From the NCBI RefSeq assembly GCF_037042905.1, contig NC_087258.1, positions 19,902,001 through 19,966,000 on the forward strand: a DNA stretch of 64,000 nt. Direction: 5' to 3'. The notes beneath the pieces were generated by a model. The model saw nothing but the letters and a program-made list of their open reading frames with translations. It was not told where the DNA came from and made no database searches. This DNA is from Lytechinus pictus. Its lineage: Eukaryota. Of the stretch, positions 48,901-61,218 are shown in pieces. How positions within the stretch are numbered: position 1 is the stretch's first letter; each line of letters begins with the position of its first letter. The position numbers and the translations under genes were made by a program.

Positions 48901-51900
48901 AAATAACACACCTATTTTATAACAGCAATTCTTTTGCAATGCAATCATTTCAGTAAACGTGTGCTCTCAACGTCATGATCATGAGGGGCCTTCATATTCC
49001 TTCCTGGTCGATGGGAGTGAAAAAATAAAACTTACAAAAGAATATGATGAATCCAAATCAAAGGGGAGAGTATGAATAAATATGTAGAACTAGTAGTTAG
49101 ATCTTAGGAACTGAGATATTCTCTTAGAATAAGAGAGGAACAAAAAATGTGGAGCGTTGTGGCCCAGTGGATTAGTCTCCGGGCAATAATATCCAAGTCC
49201 TTTGGAAGCGCATAGAGACATTATTCATATTGTGTTACGCGCTATACAAGAACTGATTATTAATCAATTCAGAGTTCTGAGTGAACACATACTTGTCAAC
49301 CGGTCTATCAGGATCAACGTGAAGTAGTCATGTCACAAAAAAGGGTGCACCTTGCCTGCAAGGATTGCGATAAGTGCAAATTTAGTGAATGCTTTTTTGC
49401 AAGGGTGCATATTGCCCTTTGTCCACTACCATCCACTACAATTTTTCTTTTGCTTTTTGACTTGCATGTATAGTACAATGTATATGATTTAAGAAGAATC
49501 CATCTTTCCCCATTGTTTTTTTTTTTTTTTAATAGGTGCACATGAATGTACTATGAATGTACGTTGATAATATTGGATCTTGTGATTCAATCTGCAGGTC
49601 TATGGCATGGCCTTAAGTCAATCGTTCAACATTGTCTATTAGTATAGAGACAAGCTTTAATTTCTAGCCTATATTTTTTTTGTATACATGGTCTGATTCC
49701 AGAAACTTTCCCTTCATGCATGTTCATAATATATATACAGTACGTCAACACTGACACCCTTAGATATTTACACAGTCCTAAGTAATGCTAACCAGTTCAT
49801 GCTTTTGCTCTAATGTGCTCATTAAGACTTTCTCTGAGTTCAGAAGCATACAAGGTCCATACTATGTAGAATATATTAAGCCATATTGATCTTTACATTC
49901 ATACTCAAATAACTCAATTAAAAAAATACATGATGGATTTTTCACAAATCGGTATAATTGACAATGAAATAAAGAGTGCTGGTATGTTTTATTCACCGGC
50001 ACTGCACTAGTCTAGAAATCCTTACACCTACGTGTTGCAGCATCCTTGCGTGACTATGTCACGAGCGGTGTAAAAAAACAAAAAAACAATCGAAGACAAA
50101 TTAGAGCAACAACCGACGTTCCGTCCTCCGAATTCCTACAGAGCTACCCGAAGACGACCCCAAGTCCAGCTCCACCGCAGGGAAGGACAAAGCCAAGGCC
50201 AGGTCTTTGAACTTGAGGAGGGGGAGAAGCAGGAGCAGGTCCCAGTCAGCAAACCTTAATCTTGCCGAGCCGGAGGGTTGGGAATCCGAAGACGGCCTGG
50301 ACGGCTACGTTGCCAGCACCAATGGGGGCCCCCAACCGAAGAAGACCAAGATTTTTTCCAGTCTCTCGAACGCGGAGGAGGAAAGCATGGTGAAGTGGAT
50401 CCGAGAAACGGACTGCCTGTACAACAAGAAACGAATGGATTACAGGGACCACGCCAGGAAAGATGTACTCTGGGCTGCCAAGGCCAAAGAATTGGGGAAG
50501 AAAGGTGATTATAAAATTTGAATTTCACATTTTTACTCTGAATATGTGATGTTATTCACTTGTGATTTTAAGTTTCGCAAATATAATAGAGATTGTTTAC
50601 ACGTAGATGTTTTGCTTCACTTTATGATATTGTTACATGTACATGGTGTATATGTGACCCAAAATATTTTGTTTTTGTTGCAGCCAATATCTTGCAAGTA
50701 TGGTATAAATCAATCCGTACCAGATATGTGAAACTCTCAAGAAAGAAGTCTCGGTGTGGGGTCGCTGATTTGACAGACCGAGATCATTGGATAATGATGA
50801 AATTCAACTTTCTTGCAAAACATATTGGGAAAGTTAGACACAAAACGAATTTCAGAGTAAGTTGATTTTAATTTGCATTTAATGTTCCCTATATGATTTT
50901 GTGATGACGGACATTCTCATGCTCACTCAATTGAGTAGAAGGCCATGTTTACTGATAAGAAGGAAATAGTAAATCCTTTTTTTTAGTATAGAATAAATGA
51001 CAATACTGCGAGTTTTGAAGGTTTGCAACAACAATTAGCAAACTTGTTAATTGAAATACAATGAAAATAATCCGAGTCCCTTATTGTCTCTCGATTGCTG
51101 GACCTTCCTTTGAATACCGCTTTGTCTTTTGTATTTATCAATGTTTTCTATAACTGTGTGTTCATTGATTGATTGATTGATTCAGTCTTTTATGGCTTGA
51201 TTATTTGAATAATAGATGAATTATGATTGGTATGAATAACTCTTTTGAGTCTGTAATACTTGATGTTACAAGATTATTTTCCTAAGTTGACAATAGTACT
51301 CAATTTAATTCAATAAACAAATTTGAAAGCAAGTTGCTCTAGATTTTTATTCTTGATTTGATTTTGATAGTGCCTGGGTGGGTGAGGTGGATATGAAGCA
51401 AAAAGTGATTTTCACTGATAAATATGGTCTAAGCCAATCAGATGCAAGGATTTTGGTAGCTTATAACAAAAGTCAGTAAAAATCACTCTTTGTTTCTTGA
51501 AATGCACCCTGAATTCCCTTTTGCTGATTCACTCTTGCAGACCTTTGCTGTTTATTTCTAGGTGTAGGTGTATCACCATGTTTCAATTTTTTTTCACCAC
51601 CCCCTCTCTCTCCTCCCCCCCCCCCCCACTAGAACACGAGACTTCACAACCAGGTCCACGTACCTCCGACGGTGAATGCAACTGTCAGTATTTGTCCCGC
51701 TCCCAGCTCTCCCCGTGTGTATCAGGAAGGGAGCAATAATGGAGGTCCTGGATTCAAGGAGGAGTCAACGCCCGATGACCACCTGGTTCTCCTTCCGCAT
51801 CCACCCGCTCCTGCTCTTGCTCCTCCTATTCCCTCTTCTCTTGCTCCAGCAATTCCTTCCTCTCTTGCTCCTGCTATTCCTTCCTCTCTTTCCGTCACCA

Positions 51901-54114
51901 ACTTTAGTCCCGGCCCGAATGTAGAGAGCATTTCAAGGGATGCGCTCGAAGGAGGTCCGAGAGCCCAGACAGCAACGGCAGATGGGGAGGCCAAAACTGG
52001 TGGTGTTGCTCAGAGATACGAGCAGTTTGTTCAGGTACATGTAGGCAAAGGGCTTTAGCGAGCACAGTGGTCTCATTTTATTTCATTCATTCTTCATTGT
52101 CAACAAGATAAGCATATGATTTATGATTACAACATGATTTTTGCGGTTCCATTTGACTTTTGATCCGGCAACAATTGCTCCGCTATAAGTTATACAAACT
52201 GATCAAATGACTAACTTTAACCCTGGATTTAACACTACACCTACCATTAACCTAAACTAAGTTTAACATAACCCTAAACCTACCATACATGTAAAACCCT
52301 ATTGAAACTCTAACACTAACCTTATATTTTGGATGTAATAAAGCATGGAGCAGTTTGTCGCAGGAGCAAATGTTGTGTCACTAATTTTCAAAGTCGAAAA
52401 TTGGACATGTAATACCAATTATAAACAGTGAGCACTAATGTTTTCTACACAGACAACTACGTTATGTAAGCATTGGGGTGAATTTGTATCTGCCACTGTA
52501 CCAAGAATGCGCGCGCCACGCATTTTATTATGAAATACAGGTTTTTTGGGAAAATACAGTTTTATCACAGAATACAATTTTTCATCCCCAGAGGTTAGCA
52601 GGTCTGTTGTACATGTATTGAACATACATTTTGTGTAATCTGGTGGCTGTTTCACAAATCTGCAAGTTATGAGCAATTTTACGAATGACAGGGAGCCTTT
52701 CTTGTGTTAAATGATGTACATTAAATTTACATTGATGTTGATCTAGTGCCTAAGAAAGAAACACCAGTCGTTCTTAAAGTTGCTTGTAGCATACAATAGT
52801 TTTATGAAACGCATACCTCATCTAAAGAATTTCTTCGACTTCTAGAAGGATGACTGATGCGAGTTTACCTTTGTTTTTTTTTTGCTCTGTCAATCTGCTC
52901 AGATGCAGGAGAGGGTTCTGATGACCATGCTGCAGCCGAGAGCAGTCAACGAGAGAAGTGCCTTCGGGGATTGGCTGAAGGCTGTCATAGAGGGTTTTGA
53001 TAGGTCGGTCTGGAGAGAATTTCAGATGGAGTGTTCTCAACTGGTGTACAAGTATCAATGTAGGAATGATCAGGTTCTAAGTAGCAATCCAAGTCAACCA
53101 TCAATGTCCTTTGTAAGTTCAAGTAGTCCACCATCTGATGATGCGGCCAGGGTGCCGTTTCATAAAGGTGTTCGCAAGTCATATACAACGTTAAGAACAA
53201 CTGCTGACCAGCACCTAAGAACGTGCTCCAGTCTTACATATACAGTGGTGCTCAAAAGTTAGTGAGCCCCACTCGAAAATGAACATATTTTAGAGTCTTC
53301 AAGTTCTGCCATGTTTTAGATATTTAACTGTGATTTCAGGTAATAAAATATTACATTAAATCGAGTTTGTATCTATGGGCTCACAGAACATTGTAATGAT
53401 GTTGTCTACATTCAACACTCAGCATGAAGGAGTGCATTTTGTGAAGGGGTTCACTAACTTTTGAGCACAACTGTAGTTGTGCATAACTTTATGAACAACT
53501 TTGTGAAACACCACCCTGTCTTTGTTCTGAATGAAGTAATCCAAATTTCTCCCGTTTTGATTTGATGGGAGTGCATTTCTTATAATCCTAATAAAAATTC
53601 GAGGGAAAAAACATAGTGATTTTTCCATTCGAATGCTTGTTCAATAACAGTGTTAATTTGCAAAAATTGAACTACAATTTACTTAATTGGAATCAATTAT
53701 CTGAAAATCTGACTTTGCACCCACTTAAAAGTATAGGTACATTCATATGTAGCTGAAAGGGGAATGAAACCCTGGAACAAGTAAGCTTGTAGTTGTATGA
53801 TACAAGACAATAAAAAAAATGAAGAAATAATAAAGTTATTAGCATTATGTGGACATCCAAGTAGTGTTGACGATATGTGCAAGAATTATGAAGATTAGTT
53901 ACTTACAATCTTGTCTTGGAGTTGTAATGTTAACTTGATTCATGCTGTATTTTTTTTTCATTTCCATACACCACAAACAGGGTCCACACTATTCTTAGGC
54001 AACAAGTTGAGCTGATATCTTTTCTGTCACTTTTTGACTGTGTCATTAATGTTGTTATTTTCTTCTTGTCTACAGTCTGTGGATAATGATGAACAACCAG
54101 AAGGAGAAAGCTAA
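46000..54114 (+). CDS. MADF (Myb/SANT-like) + BESS-like DNA-binding protein; exons 46000-46114, 48185-48277, 50142-50504, 50684-50856, 51633-52034, 52903-53112, 54076-54114; 464 aa
   Basis: All junctions GT-AG with consistent phases (1,1,1,0,0,0) and no stops; in-frame stop upstream of ATG 46000; MADF pattern MVKWIRETDCLYNKKRMDYRDHARKDVLWAAKAKELG..ILQVWYKSIRTRY..W..KFNFLAKHI; BESS-like ERSAFGDWLKAVIEGFDRSVWREFQMECSQLVYKY. Confidence 0.75.
46210..46629 (+). mobile_element. MITE with CAGGGTGCTAC TIR and 7-bp TSD (P-element/hAT-like)
   Basis: TIR cagggtgctac / gtagcaccctg; TAAAAAG at 46203-46209 and 46630-46636; repeated cttgccc/gggcaag motifs. Confidence 0.75.
46901..47470. mobile_element. TTAA-site MITE (gggacaagtccacccc / ggggtggacttgacct)
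   Basis: Terminal inverted repeats; TTAA at 46897-46900. Confidence 0.7.
47540..47940 (-). repeat. Right arm of the long inverted repeat (pairs with 42264-42718)
   Basis: Reverse-complement homology to the left arm. Confidence 0.8.
49148..49263 (+). mobile_element. Internally deleted SINE (A-box head fused directly to tail type B)
   Basis: tgtggagcgttgtggcccagtggattagtct joined to aataatatccaagtcc...gcgctatacaagaactg as in 58338-58623. Confidence 0.75.
53243..53473. mobile_element. Tc1/mariner-type MITE
   Basis: TA|CAGTGGTGCTCAAAAGTTAGTGA ... TCACTAACTTTTGAGCACAACTG|TA. Confidence 0.85.
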
Positions 54115-54202
54115 CAGTCATCCCTCCGTTGTCAGCAGCCGTATAATCATCTTGAAGTTGACTCTTCTTGCCAATACATCGCTAGACAGCAGTATCAAGA
54201 TG

Positions 54203-54531
54203 CAGGGTTCCTGCAGTCATGGAAAATCGTGGAAAAAGTTGTGGTCATGGAAAGTCAGGGAAAAGTCAGAGAATTTTGAAAATTTGTGAAAAGTCATGGA
54301 ATTCATTTACCTCTTGGCTATGGCAGCTTTCCAGTTTGTTGTGTCTCGCAACTCTCATACTCTGCTATTATAATTGGTGTTCATGATTTCCATTTTTCCC
54401 AGTTTTGTGACATCCCCAATTCTACATAACTCCCGGGATGTCACGGGAAGTCATGGAAAGCAGCAATTTAGTCATGGAAAGGTCATGGAAAAGTCATGGA
54501 ATTCCATTTTCAAATTTCTGTGGGAACCCTG
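54203..54531. mobile_element. CAGGGTTCC MITE with GTCATGGAA subrepeats, downstream of the MADF stop codon
   Basis: TIR cagggttcc / ggaaccctg; multiple gtcatggaa. Confidence 0.7.
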
Positions 54532-55740
54532 CATCTGAAAGATATGACTCGTTTTTTTAGTGGAGGATGGAGTTAAATTTTTAGAAACGCAGAGAACAGA
54601 AAGACATCAAACAACTCATATCTACCTAGATAAGTCATACACCGATAAGGGAATAGTGTATTTATATGGATCTGGATTCATTTTATTTGTGACAAACAAT
54701 AGACGCATGGTGTGGTCTGTGAAAGGTCTTGTGGTTAAAGCTTTGGACTCATGATCTGCCATTGTCTCCACTTTGATAAAAGGACCCGAGAGTAATTTTT
54801 GTTGTCTATAAGGTCAGCCACTATGCTTGATTAACGTAGAAGTGAAATGTTTCTTATGTAATTGCTTATACCAGCTTGGCGTTCTGCAGCAGAATGCTGC
54901 TCTGCAGTATATTGCTACAGGAGTTTCCGTAACAGAAACAGAAAAAGATAGAGCCAAATAAAGCCATTGTAAGGCAGCAAAGCTGAAGGTGATACTGTTC
55001 TTTGAGATCCTGAAGACATTCCAGACCTTCAGGACGAAATGGCCAATAAATGTATGTCTAAAACTTACCTGACGTGTACCTTGATGATAAGTCCCATGTC
55101 ATTTTCTGTGGACTCCATGGTTAAAACAGCAGCATGAACTAAACAAAAATGATGTGATAATGTGGCTACTTTTAAAACTCTGTGTTCTGATTCTAGGAAC
55201 AATATAGACTGAGGGGATGACTCATTAAGCTTCCTTCAGCTGAGTTTTATTTTTTTAGGTGGTAAGGTGTCCTCTGGGGACCAATGTCAACGGGGGAAAC
55301 CTGCCTTTTGGCCAGCTCTCCTATGTGGTAGATGCTCCAGGGCATTTTCAGTCTTGATGAGAGTTCTGTCGTGGTCTGTCCCAAATATTGTAATTTTTGT
55401 GCTTGATCTCGTCAGTTTGTGCCAGTTTTGTAGGGAACTGCTTGAAATTAAGATTGAAAATCAGTATTATTTCACATCAGTTGCATTTTCCAGTGATTGT
55501 CAAAATATTAGATTTATTGTCACATTACCATGAAATGAAAATGCACTGATTTCATAGTTGAAAGTAGGACTTTTCATGAATTTTTGAAAAAAAATTATAT
55601 GCATGGTTTGTACAGTAGTTTTCATTTGTAAGGTCCTTTCTACTGTAGCTATTGTGAACGCAGTTATAGTGTTTATCTATGTTGCCACTCTCCACATAGA
55701 TGTAGTAAATGGGCACCCGGTAGCAGCACCTGATCAGGGT

Positions 55741-56625
55741 TAGCCTCTTGTCGAGGCCCTGGCGGCTGCTTCCCGAGCGAAGCGAGGGATTTCGCGAATT
55801 AGGCCTGGTGCAAGCCATGGCCTCTTGACATCTGAGCTGAATTATATATTCATGAGGAACGTCTTCCTAATGAATATACATGAGTCATGATATTACCGGT
55901 CACCTAGTAAACCAATGAAATGTCAAAGCTTTTTCGTCCGGGGTTCGGAATACTATAGTCCACTATTCTGCAGGGGATTCATTTAATTGCGGGACACTAT
56001 AAAAGGGGATATAAACAGCAAAATGCTACAAGTAGTGGTACTACTACTGCTACTACTAGTACTGGCCGTAACATGCAGACCGCCCCGAAACTTCTCGGGA
56101 GATACTGGTCAGCCGCTGGTCAGACTCGAGTCAAGAGGAAGCTCCACTACAGCATTTGCTCACTGCACAGCGGAGATCGATAATCGACGCATAGTGGAAT
56201 CGCATGAAAATACATTTTTTCCATATCCTGTGGGTAGATTTACAAAAACATCTTGTCCTTTCAGTGCAGATTTAATTTCATCGACTTGCAAATCCTTAAA
56301 TCGGTCAATATTCAGCATTTTAGAGGCATATTCAATGCTCTTTGATATTTCGTCGTCACTGTTCGCCAAGAATCCACGGGTCGCCATTCAAGATGAGCTC
56401 ATGAATATTCAATATGACGTCATAGCGGCCCGCGCTCTCATTGGATGATTTTCACCGACCAGTTCTTGGTCGGAATATTGGTAAAAACAATAAAAAACAA
56501 AAGAAAGTCGGTGAAATTCGGCCCAGATGTCAAGAGGCCCTGTCTCGCGGCGCTCTGCTTCGCTCTCTCCCTTGCTTAGCCATGTTCGCTCGGAAAGCAG
56601 CCGACAGGGCCTCGACAAGAGGCTA
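55741..56625 (-). mobile_element. AcademH-type DNA transposon deletion derivative carrying a RecQ-like helicase fragment
   Basis: TIR TAGCCTCTTGTCGAGGCCCTG / CAGGGCCTCGACAAGAGGCTA; perfect 9-bp TSD GATCAGGGT (55732-55740, 56626-56634); helicase fragment inside. Confidence 0.85.
56160..56387 (-). pseudogene. Truncated RecQ-like SF2 helicase N-terminus
   Basis: FKDLQVDEIKSALKGQDVFVNLPTGYGK corresponds to motif 0/Q and Walker A of RecQ-type helicases; similarity is lost immediately afterwards. Confidence 0.8.
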
Positions 56626-56705
56626 GATCAGGGTAGACATGCAGAAGCCAGGGTAATATTAGAAACATTGGATTGATAGCTATATAAATGTTGCATATTA
56701 ATATA

Positions 56706-57560
56706 AACTGGGTTCCAAAAGAAACTGATCAAACTTTACAAAGGCACTGCACAATTTCCACTCAGTCAAAGTGAACAATATTTTTATATAGGCTAGCTTC
56801 AATAATGTTTACAAAGCACACATCAATAATCAAAAGATTGGTTCAATAACAGAGGGGCTATAGATAGCCCCTCACATCAATTGGTTTCAGAATCCAAAGT
56901 CACAAAATGGCAAATGAAAGATCAATGAAAATGAGATGCCATTAAACAAACTTCCTATTTTTCATCCTTCATAGTGATTGGCTTGATCACAAAGAAGCTA
57001 CATGTACAGGAAGTTAAACTCAAAGTTTTAAATGACTGGAGCAATCACACAGCCACACACAGATCTCCGGTGATAGCCCGGTAAGCGGGGGATAATCTGA
57101 ACATGGTGTTTTCTGTGTGTGGCTGAGTGAGATACACACAGACACACACCATGTTCAGATTATCCTCATTTACCGGGACATCCCCAGTGGATTTTGTGTG
57201 TGGCTGTGTGATTGGGCACCAGTCATTTAAAACTTTGATGTTAATTTCCTGTAGCTTCTTTGTGATTGAGCCAATCATTAAACATTCCAATGAAGGACAT
57301 GTGTATTAAAGTGGGAAGTTTATTTAATCCCATCTTATTTTCATTGGTCTTTCTTTTGCCATTTTGTGACTTTGGATTCTGAAACCAATCGATGTGAGGG
57401 GCTATAACACCTGTATGATTAAACCAATCTCTTAATTATTGATTTGTGCTTTAATAATGATGATCGAATGTAGCCTGTGTAAATATATTGTTCATTTTGA
57501 CTGAGTGGAATTTGTGCAGTGCCCTTGTAAAGTTTGATCAGCTTCTTTTGGAACCCGGTT
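56706..57560. mobile_element. ~855-bp foldback/palindromic element; half copy at about 23105-23330
   Basis: aactgggttccaaaagaaactgatcaaactttaca / tgtaaagtttgatcagcttcttttggaacccggtt, with arm pairing continuing to the centre near 57130. Confidence 0.85.
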
Positions 57561-57854
57561 GAGGTATTATAAATCAATTTTATATTTGATGATATGATGA
57601 TATGATGGTACATATATGTACAGCTAAAGGGAAATCAATATGTTTGATTGAGAAATGTAAAATTCCAAAGCAAGTATTTACAATTTTAGTTGCATTATTG
57701 CCAATTGAATATGATTTCAATTTTACGTTGTACATTGTATATTCAATAATTCAGTCGAAAGAGGCTTTCCTCATCCTATTTTGGTTATTGATATCCATAA
57801 GCTGGATGGCACCCTGAGGCCCCCATGTGATATTTCCTTCTTTGATAACATGTG

Positions 57855-58143
57855 TGGAGTGTTGTGGCCCAGTGGATTAGTCTTTTGACTTTGAAACAGA
57901 GGGTCGTGGGTTCGAACCCAGCCATGGCGTAATTTCCTTCAGCAAGAAATTCATCTACACTGTGCTGCACTCAACCCAGGTGAGGTGAATGGGTACCCGG
58001 TAGGAAGAAATTCCTTGAATGCTTTGAGCGCCTAGGCAGCCCAGCTAAAACCGGGGTAATAATAATAACAGGGCCCGCTGGGAGAACAGTTTTCAGAACT
58101 GAAGTGGCTTCCCTGGGTAAATATACCTATATTATTATTATTA
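57855..58143 (+). mobile_element. tRNA-derived SINE (tail type A)
   Basis: A box TGGCCCAGTGG, B box GGTTCGAACCC, core, (TAT)n tail. Confidence 0.85.
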
Positions 58144-58337
58144 TCAAATTCCAGAGCAAGTATTTAGTTGCATTATTGTGATTTGAATATGAGTAAATCT
58201 TACCTTGTACATACATGTAGTATATTTAATAATTCAGTCAAAAGAGGCTTTCCTTATCCTATTTTGAGCATCGATATCCGTTAGCTGGATGGCACCCTGA
58301 GGCCCCCATGTGATATTTCCTTGTTTGATAACATGTG

Positions 58338-58623
58338 TGGAGTGTTGTGGCCCAGTGGATTAGTCTTTTGACTTTGAAACAGAAGGTCGTGGGTTCGAAT
58401 CCCAGCTATGGTGTAATTTCCTTCAGCAAGAAATCTATCCACACTGTGCTGCACTCAACCCAGGTGAGGTGAATGGGTACCTGGCAGGAATTTATTCCTT
58501 GAAATGCCACCGCGCTGTAAAAGGCTGTGGGGCTAAATAATATCCAAGTCCTTCGGAAGTGCATAGGGACATTATGACATAATGTGATATGCGCTATACA
58601 AGAACTGCTTTATTATTATTATT
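58338..58623 (+). mobile_element. tRNA-derived SINE (tail type B, L2-like 3' end)
   Basis: Same head and core as 57855; different tail ending gcgctatacaagaactgc(ttat)n. Confidence 0.85.
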
Positions 58624-59030
58624 TTGTATGCCCTTGTCAAGTCAATATTAAATAAAACCTTGTCCCGAGGAAGTCCATGGATACATGTATATCATAAAGA
58701 TTGTCAGCATTGACTAAATTGACAGCACTGACAATTTCAGTGAAATCCTTGGTTTTGAGAGGCACTGTCCTCTGACTGTAACTACCAGAAAATGGTAACT
58801 TATCATTGCTGACAAGCTTCACGATACGTTGCCTTGGGTCTATGAGGCACTCAATAGCTATGGAATTCTACAAAGCAGCATTTATTGCACTTCTTAAATT
58901 CTTATTAATCATGGCTTTTAAAATGAATTGAATAAAAAGTTTATTTTAGTTATAAATGTTTGCATTTATGACCATTGATCAGTATTAGTGGATTTAGTAC
59001 ATGTAGGTCTTCTTGGATAAGTTGTTCATC

Positions 59031-59305
59031 TGGGCCCCGTCTTACAAAGAGTTACAATTGATCCGATCAACCTAAAGTATATGGAAATCCAACAATGTCA
59101 TAATTTTTTTCTCCAGGAAATTCGTACAATGTCCTTTGTAAACAAAGAGAAGCACACTGAATTTTCAAGAAAACATTGGATGCATGATTATTTGTCATAT
59201 CTAGAAAATATTTTGAACAAACATTCATTTTAGATGTAGACGTTGCTGGCTTTCCATAGTTACGATTGATTGGATCAATCGTAACTCTTTGTAAGACAGG
59301 GTTCT
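59031..59305. mobile_element. Palindromic MITE (gtcttacaaagagttac / gtaactctttgtaagac)
   Basis: Terminal inverted repeats. Confidence 0.7.
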
Positions 59306-61218
59306 TATGTCTAATCTACAACATCTTTTCTTTTACAGGGTGCTACAGTATGTTTACCAGTTTTTCATTAACCCCCCCCCCCAAACCATGAGATGGCCTC
59401 TTGCCTATGTGAATAAAATTGATACTTGATATCCACATGGGTGCATGGCTGGTAAAAATATATGTTCTGTTAACTCATTGACTTCTGGAACCTGTTGATT
59501 TCTGTACACAGCCAATGGGAATCACAGAATTCTGTAGTCAATGGATAAACATTTTATTTCTTTTTTATGCATAAATTTTTCCAATGTTATTGTTTTAATT
59601 ATTTGTATGAAGTTTTAGGGGAAAATGTAAATATTAATCCAAGGTGTCAAAATCTTGTTTTTGTATTATCGTATTAAAGTGTCATTGCATATTGAGCAAA
59701 TTTTATGTTTGACATCATTTTCGTTTATGTTTTGATTGTAATATTTAAAAAAAGATATTGTTGTTAAAAATAAACTGAATTGAATAAAGTCAAGTCATCA
59801 AAATTGAATATTTTATTTTATTTTCTTGAACTAATTATTTTTGTCTCCAACATGTACATGTTAACATCATATTGAGAGAACCAGTGACAAAAGTGAAGTA
59901 AAAAGTAGTACACTCAGTTGTTCACTGAGTTGGGCAAGAAGGTCAAATCCTACAATTTCAGCTTCCTTGGCATTATAGGTGGAGTGTTCCGTGTTTTGGA
60001 ATTGAGTTTTCAATCATGATTCATGTTGTTGTTTAAATTTGAAAATCGACATTGAACACACCCGTACCTGTAACAAACTCAAGAATAGAAATGGCAGAAG
60101 ACAAGAAAAAAAAACAAAAACAAAGGTGGACAAGGAGAAAGTTTATTTGAACTATCAGAGAAATTATATCAGTGGAAACATGAATTCTTGTATAGAATTC
60201 ACAAGGCCTGCAATTTGTCTTAAAAGATGTCCTACACGTATAATCATGTGCTAAACTTCAGCATGCTGGTCGTTATCCTTTAAATGTGTATTCTTTCATA
60301 ATACATTTCATGCACTTCAAGGAAGACAAATGGTGCGTATTCTGAAGTCGGGTTGAAGTTAGGCCACATTGGTTTATTTAAAACTATGTATCTACATGTA
60401 CATTGTGGAAAGCTGAAAATGTTAGTCTTGTTTATATTGTATGCTACCTATGTTTACTGTGATTTTTCTCCCTTATAATTTTATGATGGTGAAAATTTAT
60501 TTTGAGTATCATTCCCAGACAGATATGAATGATTTTGGTGTTAATTTTTTAGAAGATGTGCATTAATGAGCTATAATTGGATGAGCCTGCGCCTATAGAT
60601 GTTTTGACAGAAATTGGCGCAATATAAATGATGTGAATCATCATCAAATGTGCAGATGAACTGATCAAGTACCGTCAGAGATTTGTTTCACAATCAGCTA
60701 TCCATACTTCACCCACATCTTTACACCAGATTTCAAAGTAAACCCCAGTTCAGAATTTAGGTCATAATCCCAGAAATGCCAACTCCCTTTATAAAGTATT
60801 TGTTCCTCTTTTTTGCTATAAATACGCCAATACTTTTTTTGTATGATTTGTTACTTTTTTTAAAATTTCTGATCATGGATTATGTATTATACACAGTGCG
60901 TGACACTAGCGCCGATCCGACAGTCCCAGACCAGTAAAAATCACTGTCGGGCCAGTAACTTGTTGCATGAAAAGAACAAGTAAATTTTTGCCTATGAGCA
61001 CATGTTTAAAAGGGTGATGTATCAAGTTTTCAAGTAGAGTAATTTCACATGTTTTTTCACCGATCTCACTACAACAGGCTGGCGATTGTTACGTTGAAAC
61101 AAATAAAAAAAAACCTATTTTTTTGTAAATTTTTTTCCCTCATAAGAATACTTTTTTGGGTTGTAGAAGGTTTGCAGGTCTGTAATCCTTATTATTATAT
61201 CATATCATACTCCCTCAG

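Noticed and set aside
55259-55533. Possible third plus-strand variable exon (phase-1 acceptor, LCGRCSRAFS)
   Set aside because: A CxxC without His ligands and no recognisable domain; the minus strand looks at least as coding-like
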